A stretch of DNA of 64,000 bases. It comes from Acidobacteriota bacterium. GTDB lineage: Bacteria > Acidobacteriota > UBA6911 > RPQK01 > JAJDTT01. Positions within the stretch are counted from its first letter, which is position 1; every line of letters starts with the position of its first letter. The stretch lies in assembly GCA_965263035.1 (NCBI GenBank), contig OZ253580.1, forward strand, positions 2,464,001 through 2,528,000, given 5' to 3'. The translations under genes were made by a program, and so were the position numbers. The notes beneath the pieces were generated by a model, which ran no database searches, was not told the DNA's origin, and saw only the letters and a list, made by a program, of their open reading frames with translations. Shown piece by piece: positions 41,888-52,732 of the stretch.

Positions 41888-43342
41888 CTACGGGATTCCG
41901 ATTCGAGCGACCAGTACATCTCCCAAGATGACTCGCGGTTCCATGGGCGACCGGCGGATCTTGCGCCGGTTGTAGACCACGGCGACCTCGTTCTCGCCGG
42001 AGCGGACCAATCGGGGGTATAGATGCTCGAAACCCTTTTTTGGCGCACTAATTTTCATCAACTCCGAGAAGCCGGACTCCAACTCCCCGCTCCAGGCCAG
42101 ATAAATCTCGGGCGATGCTCCGATCGCTCCTTTGGAATAGGCGACCAGGCATCCCCCTCGCCAAGGTAGAAGGTCGAATCCGTAATAGAACCTGCCGGGT
42201 CCATGGTCCCCCGCCAGAGAGTCTCTCTCCCCTTCCGCGGACCTCCATCCCTTTGCGGCCGAAAAAAGACGATAGGAGAGTCGGCGATGGGTCTGGCCCC
42301 AATCTTCTCGTGACTCGAACCAGCCGGCGAGGAGCCCGTCGTTGACGGGTTGGAGGGAGGACCGGACCGACAACGCCCTCCGGTCGAAAATAACCTGATC
42401 CTCGTTCCAGGTGGCGCCGCCGTCCGGCGAATGGTCGAAGTAGAGTGTCGTCCGATCGCCCTTCACGACGTGCCAAGCGACGTAAATCGAATCTTCACTC
42501 ACCGCCAACCTGGGCCCCTGACAGCTCATGGAAGGATCGTCGTTGACACGGACGGGTACGGACCAGGAGAAATCTCCTTTGGATCTGCTGAAGACGACCG
42601 CTCGCCGTCCGGCCGTCCGGTCAATCCAAACCAGGCATGCCCCGCCGCCCGGTCCAACGGCCACCTGGGGTGATGCCGTTCCCCCTCGCTTCCGGGCCTC
42701 CGGGAAATTGACGTCCACCGGGCGCCATTCCTCTCCGCCGTCGTTGCTCTGAAACAGATGGATGCGTTCCCGTTCTTCGGGGTAGCCATTGGAAACGGCC
42801 AGATTCAAGTTGCCCCGTCCGTCGCCCATCAACTGGGGGCGCCGGGCCAGGACCGTCCCCACCGCGAATTGGCGCGGCGGCGTCCAGGAAGTTCCTCCAT
42901 CCTCCGATCGCCGATATCCGACCCGGAGCTCGCTTCTCTGCTTTCTCTGCTTCCTGCGTTCATTTCCGACCCAAGAGAAGTGAATCACGCCAGATCGGCC
43001 GTGGACCCACACCGCCGGGGATCGCTCGAGGGCGGGACTCTCCGCAATGGCAGCGGGTGAACCCCAGCGATCCTCCGAGCGAACGTAGCGGGAAACGTAG
43101 ACATCCGTATCCTTGTTTGGATTCGCATCGCGAACGGCGGTAAATCCGAGAAACAGGTCTCCGCCTGGAACAGCTTTCAACTGATTGTAGGAAAAGACGG
43201 TCTCGACGAATGCCTGGATTCCCGGCGGGTTGACCTGGAGCCGCGACAACTGCCGCCACTCGGCCGGGGCCGCACCCATACTCTGCACAGGCGCCGCAAC
43301 GACAGCCAAGAGAACAGCGGCACCGGAAAATATCCCTCCCAA
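41888..43342 (-). CDS. Secreted BNR/Asp-box (sialidase-like) beta-propeller protein
   Basis: SEDGGTSW, SNDGGEEW, SPDGGATW; start uncertain. Confidence 0.8.
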   Translation of the reverse strand: MGGIFSGAAVLLAVVAAPVQSMGAAPAEWRQLSRLQVNPPGIQAFVETVFSYNQLKAVPGGDLFLGFTAVRDANPNKDTDVYVSRYVRSEDRWGSPAAIAESPALERSPAVWVHGRSGVIHFSWVGNERRKQRKQRSELRVGYRRSEDGGTSWTPPRQFAVGTVLARRPQLMGDGRGNLNLAVSNGYPEERERIHLFQSNDGGEEWRPVDVNFPEARKRGGTASPQVAVGPGGGACLVWIDRTAGRRAVVFSRSKGDFSWSVPVRVNDDPSMSCQGPRLAVSEDSIYVAWHVVKGDRTTLYFDHSPDGGATWNEDQVIFDRRALSVRSSLQPVNDGLLAGWFESREDWGQTHRRLSYRLFSAAKGWRSAEGERDSLAGDHGPGRFYYGFDLLPWRGGCLVAYSKGAIGASPEIYLAWSGELESGFSELMKISAPKKGFEHLYPRLVRSGENEVAVVYNRRKIRRSPMEPRVILGDVLVARIGIP

Positions 43343-43501
43343 CTGTCCGTTCAGCGTAAACAATTCACAGAACTCCTGATTGAAGGTTGAAAACGACCGC
43401 CCTGCCGGCGACGACGTTTCCCATGCTCCGCTCGGAGTTCGGCGGTTGGAAACCGCCGCTCCCAGCCGATGATCTGTCTCCGGGCTGCGGCCATTCAGGA
43501 T

Positions 43502-43527
43502 AGATGCCACACTTTGGGAAGGGTTGC
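43502..43527 (-). promoter_or_regulatory. Putative ECF sigma promoter
   Basis: GCAAC-N15-GCATCT upstream of the BNR gene. Confidence 0.55.
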
Positions 43528-43561
43528 AATTCGACAGGAGTGGGGGACGCTGGATTGGACC

Positions 43562-43598
43562 AAAAGAGAAAGGGGGGAGCCCGGCATGGGCTCCCCCC
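43562..43598 (-). terminator. Intrinsic terminator of 43667-45349
   Basis: GGGGGGAGCCC/GGGCTCCCCCC hairpin plus T-rich tail on the minus strand. Confidence 0.7.
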
Positions 43599-43666
43599 TG
43601 GTTTGTCTCGAACCGCCGGTCTCACCTCGTTCAGGGAGAGACGATCCTTGCTAGATGCAACTCAAC

Positions 43667-45349
43667 CTAGTTGTCGGTGTCATCCGGAGACGGAGGCGAC
43701 TTCAGCGTCCAGGAGGCCGCGAAACTCGACGTCGGGTTGACGAACTTCAAAATGGCCCGTCCCGTGGTGACGAATGTCCGGCTTGAGTCTGCCTCCTCCA
43801 CGATCAGCGTGCCGCCCGTGTAGGTCCGATCGTCCACAGAGGGAATGCCATCCGGTTGCTCGAAGGCTTCAAGATTCCCGGGATCTCCGTCTCCATAACT
43901 CTCTTCGCACTCCAAGCTGCCGCGCGCGAATTTTATCCACCCCGGCGAGCCGTTCATCATGGGTTCCATGCCGCCGTCATCCAGACCCGTAAAGTCGCCA
44001 TAGCCTGCGGTCGCCTCGGGAACGAGGCTCGTCAGATTGCTCAGCTTCCAAGGCCCTTCCATCGGGGTTCCATCACAATCGCTGGCATTGGTCATGACAT
44101 TGATGCCGTTGACGATGATCTTGGTGCTCACCATATCCTCGTCGGGATCTTCAGTGCCACCGCCGACAATACCGGAATCGGCTTCGCTAGACATCATCTC
44201 CAATTGGTTACCCATGGCGTCCATGAGCGTGACATCGATCGCCGTCATGGCGGGAATCAAACTGTACTCGCCTGGTCCCCCCATCTCATCCGCCACGGAC
44301 AGAAACTGCACGATCTGTGTGGATTCACCACTTACACCGCTAAGAGATGGCAACACCATGGCCCCGCTGGCCGCCATGATGGTTCTGTAGGTGCGATCGC
44401 CAGTTTCGATCAGGCCATCGCCAGCCTCATTGTCGGTGCCTACTTGATAGCCAGTTGGAGCAGCGACCGCCTCTCCCGTTAGATTCACCCCCATACCAGC
44501 GGCGTCCTTTTCGGCCAAGTAGGCCGCCATCGGGTCACCGTCCAGAACCTGGTAGTCCACGTTGACCATCTCAACGTTGTCCCTGTTGTTGACCACAGGC
44601 CGGACTACCGGCGTGCCGCCCCAGGACAAGGTCTGGTCGGGTCCGCCCACGTCGGTGCCAGACAGAGCCTCGGTGAAATGACCGGTCAGGTGGTTGAATG
44701 AGATGACCTCAGCTTCGCTGACGCCCCAATCCGCGACGTTGGCGGAAGTTACGTCTTCATCGCTACACGCCTCGATTTCACCGTCTTCGTCGGGATTGAT
44801 GAGCATGAGGTTGTTGTCGGCGTTGTCGCCGTCTTCCGTAGCGGAGCCCGCAGAAGTCTTAAGGACACCGCAAGCGTCGATGTTGCTCATCCCATGCATA
44901 TCCTCAGCCAGGGACTCCGGGAAAAGGGCGTTCGCCGTCTCGCCGGTGTTGGGGTTGTCGTCAACCATCACCTGTGCAGCGACCGCGGTGACGGCAATCA
45001 CAAAATGGCCGTTACCCATTTTCCCGCTTCCCATGATTTCGTCACCTGTGTTCATCATGGTTCCCGGAATCATGTGGTCAAACGGGTCGACCAGAACGCT
45101 GGATGCGCCGGGGACCACTCTCAGGTAATAGAGAGCCAACTCCATATCGTTGTTGTAGTACTGAATCAACAACGTGACCGCGTTACCATCAGGTTGCGCG
45201 TTCACAACAGAGATGTAGTTCGTATGGGCCATGCTGCTCTGAAAGATCAACTGCGAGCCCTTGTCGGCGGCGAAGGCCGGATCCGCGACCATAGTGACCG
45301 CGAGAATCGGGATCGCGCCCAGAACCAATAGTTTCAACCATCCCTTCAT
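43667..45349 (-). CDS. Secreted acidic Asp/Met-rich protein (S-layer-like candidate)
   Basis: Signal peptide ending PAFA, strong AAGGAGGA RBS, own terminator, no recognised enzyme motif. Confidence 0.8.
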   Translation of the reverse strand: MKGWLKLLVLGAIPILAVTMVADPAFAADKGSQLIFQSSMAHTNYISVVNAQPDGNAVTLLIQYYNNDMELALYYLRVVPGASSVLVDPFDHMIPGTMMNTGDEIMGSGKMGNGHFVIAVTAVAAQVMVDDNPNTGETANALFPESLAEDMHGMSNIDACGVLKTSAGSATEDGDNADNNLMLINPDEDGEIEACSDEDVTSANVADWGVSEAEVISFNHLTGHFTEALSGTDVGGPDQTLSWGGTPVVRPVVNNRDNVEMVNVDYQVLDGDPMAAYLAEKDAAGMGVNLTGEAVAAPTGYQVGTDNEAGDGLIETGDRTYRTIMAASGAMVLPSLSGVSGESTQIVQFLSVADEMGGPGEYSLIPAMTAIDVTLMDAMGNQLEMMSSEADSGIVGGGTEDPDEDMVSTKIIVNGINVMTNASDCDGTPMEGPWKLSNLTSLVPEATAGYGDFTGLDDGGMEPMMNGSPGWIKFARGSLECEESYGDGDPGNLEAFEQPDGIPSVDDRTYTGGTLIVEEADSSRTFVTTGRAILKFVNPTSSFAASWTLKSPPSPDDTDN

Positions 45350-45501
45350 TGGAAAGTCCTCCTTCGAATAAGTTTACAAATCCCCTGAAAACAGAAAATA
45401 CCCGGAGCGGAGAATGTCCCGAGACTCCAACTCCGGGAAGGACGGAACCAAACTGCTGGTTCCCTCTTGACACACAAAACAAATTACGCTCACCAAACCC
45501 T

Positions 45502-45692
45502 CTCTCCGACAGTGCCGATTAGGAAAGATGCCGACCTCTTCGAAAAGTTGCGCTTTACTCCCGAGCGGCATGGTGATGGTTTGAAACGTTTCCTCAACTT
45601 CTCCACGAGTACAATCCCAACGAAAGGCGCCGGACAGGCACCTTTCCGACAGTGACGATTTGAAAAGATGCTGTCCCCTTCGAAAAGTTGCG
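45502..45692 (-). promoter_or_regulatory. Tandem putative ECF promoters (about 50-bp direct repeat, 140 bp apart)
   Basis: GCAAC-N15-GCATCT at 45526-45551 and 45666-45691. Confidence 0.6.
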
Positions 45693-45802
45693 TCCCGGGC
45701 GTGTGAAGAAAGGCCTTGGGGGCCCTCCGCCACACCGTCACGTATTAGTGACGGCGGAATTTGAGGCAATCCCGGGGCAATGTCAAGAGGAGGAATGAAA
45801 GT

Positions 45803-46210
45803 TGTTTCGTTAGTACGTGATCTGTCCAGTCCCTTCAAGGCGAGGCCAGGATGAGCCTTTTCCCCACCGAGAGGAGGCGGGTATGGAGCCGTATCCGCCG
45901 CGCGCCGCGGAGCGGGCGATGAAGGTGCAGGAAGTCGTCCTTCGAGCGATGAGTGGACAGTTCAACGGGATCCAGGCGGCCGAGATCATTGGCATGAGTC
46001 CCCCGCAGCATGCGGCGGCGGCGCTATGAGGAGTACGGCTACGACGGACTATACGATCGACGGCGGAAGCGCCCCTCGCCGAAGCGAGTCCCCGTGGCCA
46101 CGGTCGAGAAGTTGCTGCGGCTGAACCGGGAGAAGCATCGGGACTTCAAAGTGACGCATTTGGCGGAGAAGCTGCATTCGGAGGAAGGGATCGAACTGAG
46201 TCGCAATTGG
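45803..46210 (+). pseudogene. Truncated, frameshifted ISNCY (IS1202-like)/IS481-type transposase with terminal repeat
   Basis: MKVQEVVLRAM..QAAEIIGMS, frameshift in a C-run near 46000, RYEEYGYDGLYDRRR..PSPKRVP; end motif TTAGTACGTGATCTGTCC. Confidence 0.75.
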
Positions 46211-46284
46211 ACGATCTCCCACTTTCTAGCGGGTGGTGTCTATTATTAGTGACCGCCCGAATGCGGGGTGAAGGGGCAAGACGA

Positions 46285-46506
46285 ATGGAGACAGTCACGG
46301 AAGAAACCAAAGAGGCGATCCCCAGCGTCGACTTCGAGCAGATGGCGAGCACCCCCCAACCCAGCCTGGTCCGGGAGCTGTGGGACTTCCTGCGCTACAA
46401 CAAGAAGTGGTGGCTCACGCCCATTATTCTGGTCCTGCTGCTGGCGGGCTTGCTGGTTCTGCTGAGTCAATCGGCCGCGGCGCCCTTTGTCTACACGCTC
46501 TTTTAG
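46285..46506 (+). CDS. DUF5989 (SxtK-like) small membrane protein
   Basis: LWDFLRYNKKWWLTPII and AAPFVYTLF signature. Confidence 0.85.
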   Translation: METVTEETKEAIPSVDFEQMASTPQPSLVRELWDFLRYNKKWWLTPIILVLLLAGLLVLLSQSAAAPFVYTLF

Positions 46507-46673
46507 GCCGGACCGTTGCGGATTCTGCCGGGAATTCCCCCACCGGCTTCGGTCCCGCATAGTCCCGGCAGAAAAGGGGGGCGTGTGGGAGCGAGGGGTT
46601 GCAACTCTCGATGTCGGGGACGGGGATGTCGGGGACGGGGATGAAGAGGGGGGGGACAAGAAAGTCCCCCCTC

Positions 46674-47798
46674 CTATCCGGACTCGAGGATTCGCCGAAC
46701 CGTCTCGGCCAGGCGGCGGGCTATCAGTTCATTGCCCCGATCCCCCGGGTGAACATTGTCCAGGAAGACATCCTCCTTCACCTCATCGAAAACCGGGGTC
46801 AGGTCGAGGAACGAAAAACCCTCCTCGCGCAGGCTCCCCATCCGGTCTCGAATCTCTTGCGACGCGTGTTGGAAGTAGGCTTGACTCTGCCGGTTCAGAC
46901 GAGCCGATTCGCGGGGACTCAACTCTTTTCCGGTGGTGTAGAGCGAGGGTTGAAGGACAAAGAGATAGCGAGAGTCCCTCATGCGCAGGGCCACCGTGGC
47001 CAGTTGAACATTCTTCGCCAGGCGTGCAGCCACCACGGGAGGGTCCACGGGTCGATCTCCGGTCTTCTGCACGTCGACGAGGCCCCCGCGGCCCAAGAGA
47101 CGAAGTGCGGAATCGTTCAGCGACCAGAAAAAATGATCGTGGTAGGTCCTGAACCACATCACATCTCGTCCCATCTGTCCCCAGTGCACGTCGTTGAGAC
47201 CGGAGAAAGAGATCACCAGGTCCGGCTGCCATTCGGAGAGACGGTTTTCGATGAGGATTCTCTCGTGGGTGGAAGCCCAGGCGGGATTGGCCAGGGTATG
47301 GACCCGAAACCGTGGCTCCACCACACCGCGGTTGAGTTCCGCCTCGAGATACCCCCCGATGGTCCGATCTTGGGAAGGGGCTCCCGACCCGAAGGCCACA
47401 GAGCCTCCCGTGATGAAGATGCGCGCTACACCGGCTTGCTTCCGGGCAGGCAGCTCCCGGGTGGACCGAAACTGGCGGCGATTGATGGTGGCGTTGCCAC
47501 TGGTTCCCGGCCGGGGACCGGTCCCCACGAAGGGAGTGGGGACGTTCGGGACGGCCCAGGTGAAGCCCTCCATTGCCTCCAGGGCAGCCTCCGGTTCGTG
47601 GTAGGCCCGGGCCAGGTCCGGCCATTCTCCCGGGGGTATGAAACCACCCATGAGCTCCCTCCGCCAAGCCTCGCTCGCGGATCCCCGCAGGGATCGGAGT
47701 TCCAGGTAGGATCCGATCAGGATTCCTGTTCCCAGCAGGACTGCCGTCAAGAGGGTCGCAGCCAGCGCCAGCACCAATTTTATTCGGGAATCGTTCAC
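46674..47798 (-). CDS. SGNH/GDSL hydrolase-family protein
   Basis: RIFITGGSVAFG, PDLVISFSGLND, FLDNVHP..GN; N-terminal TM segment. Confidence 0.85.
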   Translation of the reverse strand: MNDSRIKLVLALAATLLTAVLLGTGILIGSYLELRSLRGSASEAWRRELMGGFIPPGEWPDLARAYHEPEAALEAMEGFTWAVPNVPTPFVGTGPRPGTSGNATINRRQFRSTRELPARKQAGVARIFITGGSVAFGSGAPSQDRTIGGYLEAELNRGVVEPRFRVHTLANPAWASTHERILIENRLSEWQPDLVISFSGLNDVHWGQMGRDVMWFRTYHDHFFWSLNDSALRLLGRGGLVDVQKTGDRPVDPPVVAARLAKNVQLATVALRMRDSRYLFVLQPSLYTTGKELSPRESARLNRQSQAYFQHASQEIRDRMGSLREEGFSFLDLTPVFDEVKEDVFLDNVHPGDRGNELIARRLAETVRRILESG

Positions 47799-48364
47799 AG
47801 AGCGGAATTATGCAGCGAACCTGAGGCCGGTCACAAGGAGGGCGGGTTCGGTCGTGGACCAGTGCCAGGACCTGCGGGAGTCTACCAATGGCAAGCTTTT
47901 CAGTCCGGGGAGATCCTCACACTTCTCAGGAAGGACTTGTCCCCGCTGGTCAGCTCCAGCTGCATCTCGTTGCGCCTCTTGATCGAGGCCTTGGAGATTC
48001 TGCTCCGGTCCGGAAAAGCATGGGCCGTGTCCGCCAGCACGCCGAATTCCCATCCGCCGAACTCCGGTGGAGCCGGAGGAGGAGCAGGAAGGGAGGGACA
48101 AGACTGTCCCCCCTCCCAGCGTGAACGCGCCACGCTTCGCTATGGCAGGAAAGGTTCCCTGATATCCGGTCGCGCGGACGGCGTATATCTGCCGTCTTGC
48201 AGCTCCACAGCAAATCGTACCGATTAAGTCGGCCGAGACTTTCGGGTGAGGTCTGTGTCGACGACGCGTACAACCCCGCAAATTGCATGATCCACTGGGA
48301 ATAAATATTCGACCTTCCGTTTGAGGGTGGATTGCTCTGAAAAAGTTTAGGTGCACACGCCTCC

Positions 48365-48984
48365 ATGAAGAAATTATGGGTTCCATTGTTCGTTGTGCTG
48401 CTGTTGCCTGCCTCGTATTCGGTGCAGAGATCTGCCGAGCGGCTGGAGAACGCTCAACGCCCGCACGAGGATTCGATCCAGAGCCAGACTGAGGAGCCGG
48501 CAGAGACGATCCTCTACTTCCCCGACGACGTGGACGGGGGCGGATGGTCCGTGCAGTTGGCGCTCAGCAACGTCGAGGCAGACACGGGCGCCGAGGTCGT
48601 GGTTGAAGTCTACGACGCGGACAGCGGGCCGATCCTGGATCTGTTCGATTCCGAATCGGCGTTCGAGACCCCGTCGCTGGGCAGCCGGGTCCTGAGGAAC
48701 GCGGGCGCGGGGGGCAATCCGGCGCGGCTGGATCAAGTTCGAGTCCGATCCGGCGCCGGTCAGTGGGCTGTTGACCTGCCGGCAGGCTGAGACGGGAGTC
48801 GAGGTCAGCGTGAAACCGGTGGAGTTGGGAAGCCAGTTCGCCCTGTTCGTGGAGTAATCTTCGGTGGTCGGCGCCGGAGTGGCCATCTTCAAGCCGGACT
48901 CTTCCCCGAACTTCGAGCTCCGTATCCGCGACGAGGACGGGAACGACCCGTTGAACGGGGTGTTCATCCCCCGGGGAGAATTCC
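48365..48984 (+). pseudogene. Degraded secreted-protein gene (TILYFPD..DGGGWSVQL domain)
   Basis: Signal peptide, frameshift near 48715, stop near 48855, truncated by an intron fragment; N-terminus paralogous to 50769. Confidence 0.65.
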
Positions 48985-49305
48985 ACTGTCTCTCTCTTGT
49001 CCACATGCCACCGCCACTAACCCGGCGGAACCGGCCGGTGCTCACGTTGCTCGCGTCCCGACCGCTGGCAGCCATCGTGCGTTTCTCAGGCGGGTCGGCT
49101 TCCGCATTACCCGTTTCGAGGCCTGATCAGCATTCACATGTTGCAGCATGCGGACTCGCTGAGTCGCCCAAGGCGACCCTTTGACATCGGAGTGCTTCAG
49201 TCCATATCGTTGCCTCCATGAACCGCTCCGACTGCTACCGGCTGGAGCGACAGTTGCCGGGTGGGATTCGCACCCACTGAGAAACAGCGCCTTTGCACGG
49301 CGCAC
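48985..49305 (-). mobile_element. 5' fragment (domain I) of a third group II intron
   Basis: GTGCGCCGTGCAAAGGCGC..GGGTGCGAATCCC start; TGAGA loop (49084-49088) complementary to the 5' exon TCTCA; no domain V or VI. Confidence 0.7.
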
Positions 49306-49337
49306 TGAGATATCCCGGCTAGATAGGCCGTAGTAGG

Positions 49338-49754
49338 ATGACACCCGTAGCAGTGAAGGGCCTGAAGCGAGTCCTGGTCGGCATCGCTAGCGCCGGAACC
49401 ATTTTCTGGGCCGCGATTCCCAGCCCCGATTCGACGGAGGACCGGCAGAAAGAATGTTTTCGACAGCGGATTGCTCGCCTTTCGTATACCTCTGTTGAGC
49501 CGGACATGACGACGATTGAAGTCAGGCCGCCGGAATGGGTCGATATCACATTCAAGGGCGAGACGGCCCGCATTCTCTACCTCAACAAAGAGAGCGCCCA
49601 CCGCGCCGCCTCCGTCGGGCTTCGCATGTGGCGCGACTGTGCCTATCTGACGCGCTATAAGCCGATCATTCGTGGCATGAAGCTCTACAACGATCGCGGT
49701 GACATACTCACCAGCTTTTACACTGGCTCGCAGGGCCAGCTCAACAGCCGGTGA
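49338..49754 (+). CDS. Hypothetical exported protein
   Basis: 138-aa ORF with N-terminal hydrophobic stretch. Confidence 0.5.
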   Translation: MTPVAVKGLKRVLVGIASAGTIFWAAIPSPDSTEDRQKECFRQRIARLSYTSVEPDMTTIEVRPPEWVDITFKGETARILYLNKESAHRAASVGLRMWRDCAYLTRYKPIIRGMKLYNDRGDILTSFYTGSQGQLNSR

Positions 49755-50094
49755 CCCTCCTACGGAAGAAAGACCCCTCACACAGCTGAACGGCGTCCGG
49801 TGGGGTGTGGAATGTGAGTTCCCGGAACGGCTGCAAGAAAGCCGTCGCCGCCTTTACCGTCGACGACAATGCGGCCGAGGTTCTCATTCATGCCGTCACA
49901 TATGCCGGGGCCGATTGGGTGGCACGGATGCCTGGAAGGCAAGATGACGAGTGAGAGAAGGGGGGCGGGGCGTCTTTTGGGGATTAAGAGTCCGGCGGTT
50001 GGAAACCGCCGCTCCACTCCGGAGTCGGCGGTTGGAAACCGCCGCTCCGCTACGGTCGCCAATTTGTGTGATTTGAGGTGTAGAGAACAACACA

Positions 50095-50295
50095 ATGGCA
50101 ACGAACTTTGGAATAGATCCTGATCTGCTCGACCAGGCCTTGGCGATCAGCGGAGAGAAGACCAAGAAGGCCACCGTCAACCGCGCGTTGCGGGAGTTCA
50201 TCGCGCGGCGGGGCCGGAAACGGTTGGTCGATCTGTTCGGAAGACTGGATTGGGATGGCGATTACGACTACAAGATCGAGCGCTCCCGCCGGTGA
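50095..50295 (+). CDS. VapB-family antitoxin
   Basis: MATNFGIDPDLLDQAL..KTKKATVNRALREFI. Confidence 0.85.
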   Translation: MATNFGIDPDLLDQALAISGEKTKKATVNRALREFIARRGRKRLVDLFGRLDWDGDYDYKIERSRR

Positions 50296-50372
50296 ACCGG
50301 TTCGTGGATACCGGTGTCTGGTCTCTGGCACTCAGACGGGATTCGCCGCCGGAGCGTTCCGAGGGGCGGCGT
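50292..50372 (+). pseudogene. 5' stub of a VapC/PIN toxin truncated at a REP
   Basis: GTG overlapping the antitoxin stop; MNRFVDTGVWSLALRRD, then REP sequence. Confidence 0.65.
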
Positions 50373-50768
50373 GGGAGCGGGGGTTTGCAACCCCCGATTT
50401 CGGGTCGGTGTTGAAGAGGGGGACAAGGATGTCCCCCCTCCTGGTGTTGAAGAGATGGTTTTGCTATGGATAGAAAAAATGGCGCCATTTTTTCTATCCA
50501 TAGCAAATAATTCCCATTTCCGCATCGATCGAGCCAAGATCATTCGCCGATTCGCGCAGGAACGGGAGCGTAAGGAACAAGGGGTCGGCTGATCGGAAAA
50601 TCCCCGCTGCTGCTTTCTTGCGATCTTGGATCTCTCCTTTTGTTCCTTGTGTGTTTTGTCTGGACGATGGGTGAACTCCCGTAAATCGAATGATCGGCCA
50701 ACCCAAAGTTCTCCTCATGGCTTCGGGGGCGTTGGTTCCCGCGTGAACGATTGGATGCCTTGATTGCC

Positions 50769-52719
50769 ATGAAGAGAATATGGGTACCGTTTCTCGTTCT
50801 ATTGCTCTTGCCCGCCTCGTATTCGGTGCAGAGACTCGCCGGGCGGCCGGAGACTACTCACCCCACACACGAGGACTCGATCCGGAGTCAGACTCAGGAG
50901 CCGGGGGAGACAATTCTGTACTTCCCCGACTATGTGGACGGGGGCGATCCCGGCGGAATTGGGGTCGCTCGCCGCCCTGACTCTCCTGAATCTTGGCAAC
51001 AATGGTCTGAACGGCTCGATTCCGCCCGCATTGGGCGGACTCGCCAACCTGGAGAGCTTGTGGCTCGAAGGCAACGCCCTGGCGGGCTCCGTCCCACCGG
51101 AACTGGGCGGACTGACCAACCTCAAGGACCTGCGGCTCCAGGACAATGAGCTGAAGGGCACGCTCCCACCGGAATTCGGCGGGTTGGAGAATCTGACCAG
51201 CGTGGTGTTGGCGAGGAACGGCGGGATGGCCGGGGCATTGCCCGCCCGCCTGACGGATCTTGGCCGCTTGGAGCAATTTCTGGCCGCCGACACCAACCTG
51301 TGCGCGCCTTCGGACGCCGGTTTCTGGACTGGCTTTCCGGCGTCCCGAAACGCCGGGTCGGCAGCTGCGGCGCCGAATCGCCTCCGGCGGCGTACCTGAC
51401 TCAGGCCGTGCAGTCGCGAGACCATCCGGTCCCGCTGGTGGCGGGCGACGAAGCCCTGCTCCGAGTGTTCGTGGAGTCCAGCCGAGAGAGCGGGGCGAAT
51501 TTCCCTCCGGTGCGCGCCACCTTCTATCGGAATGGGGCGAGGACGCACGTGGTGGACATTCCAGGGAAGCCGGTCCCGATACCACGGGAGATCAGGGAGG
51601 GTGATCTGAACGCCTCGGCAAACACGCAGATTCCCGGCCGGGTGGTGCAACCGGGGCTGGAGATGGTGATCGACGTCGACCCGGAGGGAACGCTGGGTCC
51701 CGATCCGGGCGTGATGAAGCGAATCCCGGAGAGCGGACGATTGGCGGTGGACGTCCGGACGATGCCTGTGTTCGAACTGACCATGATTCCGTTTCTTTGG
51801 ACTCCGAGTCCGGATTCGTCGATCGTGGAAGTGATCACGAGCATGGCCCAGGATCCCGGGGGCCACCCTCTGCTCAGCGAGACACGCGATCTGCTGCCCA
51901 TCAACGAGCTCGACGTCAAGGCCCATGCACCCGTGAGGAGCTCGACCAATAATGCCTTCGCGCTGCTCGGTCAGACCGAAATGATCCGTGTCATGGAAGG
52001 CGCCGGTGGCCACTTCATGGGCATGATGGAAGGGCAGGTCGCCGGTGGTGTCAACGGAGTGGCCAGGCTCCCCGGCTGGGCCACTTTCTCGAGGGTCAGA
52101 CCGTTAACCATGGCGCACGAGCTTGGCCACAATTTGAACCTGTACCATGCGCCGTGCGGCAATCCTGGATTCGTGGAGCCGTCATTTCCCGGGAACCACG
52201 GTCGAATCGGCGCCTGGGGATACGACTTCAGAGAGCCGGGCCGGCTGTTGCCGCCGGTTTGGCCCGATCTGATGTCCTACTGCCGCAGCCGGCCCCGATG
52301 GATGGGCGAGTATAACTTCACCAACGCGCTCCGTTACCGATTGCACACTGCCGGGGGCGGTGAGGTGTCTTCCCTGGTTGCGGTCCCGGCGAAGAGTCTG
52401 CTGCTGTGGGGCGGAGTCGGGTCCGATGGGACTCCGTTTCTGGAACCGGCGTTTGTCGTGGATGCGCCGGCGACGCTGCCGCGTTCCGGCGGTGAGTTCG
52501 AGATCACTGGGCGGGATGTTGATGGGGAGGAGTTGTTCTGGTTTAGCTTTGCGATGCCGGAGGTGGGCGACGGGGACGGGGGAGATCCGGGGGATTTTGC
52601 GGGGTCGGGGGGCCGGGACCGGGAGCGGGGATGACGCGGTGTCGGCGTTGGCGTTGGAGCCGGAGTTGGAGGTGTTGACGAGCCGTGGGATTCCGGGTCC
52701 GGAGGAGTGGAGTCGATAG
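50769..52719 (+). pseudogene. Secreted LRR plus zinc metallopeptidase gene with internal deletions and frameshifts
   Basis: Signal peptide frame joins LRRs (IPAELGSL..L.L..N.L.G) near 50945, shifts to the HELGHNLNLYHAPCG / DLMSYC frame near 51330, and shifts again near 52580. Confidence 0.75.
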
Positions 52720-52732
52720 GGAGGGCACATTT

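Noticed and set aside
46207-46260. dif/Xer site or an IS end (TATTATTAGTGACCGCC)
   Set aside because: Poor match to the dif consensus and no convincing partner repeat.
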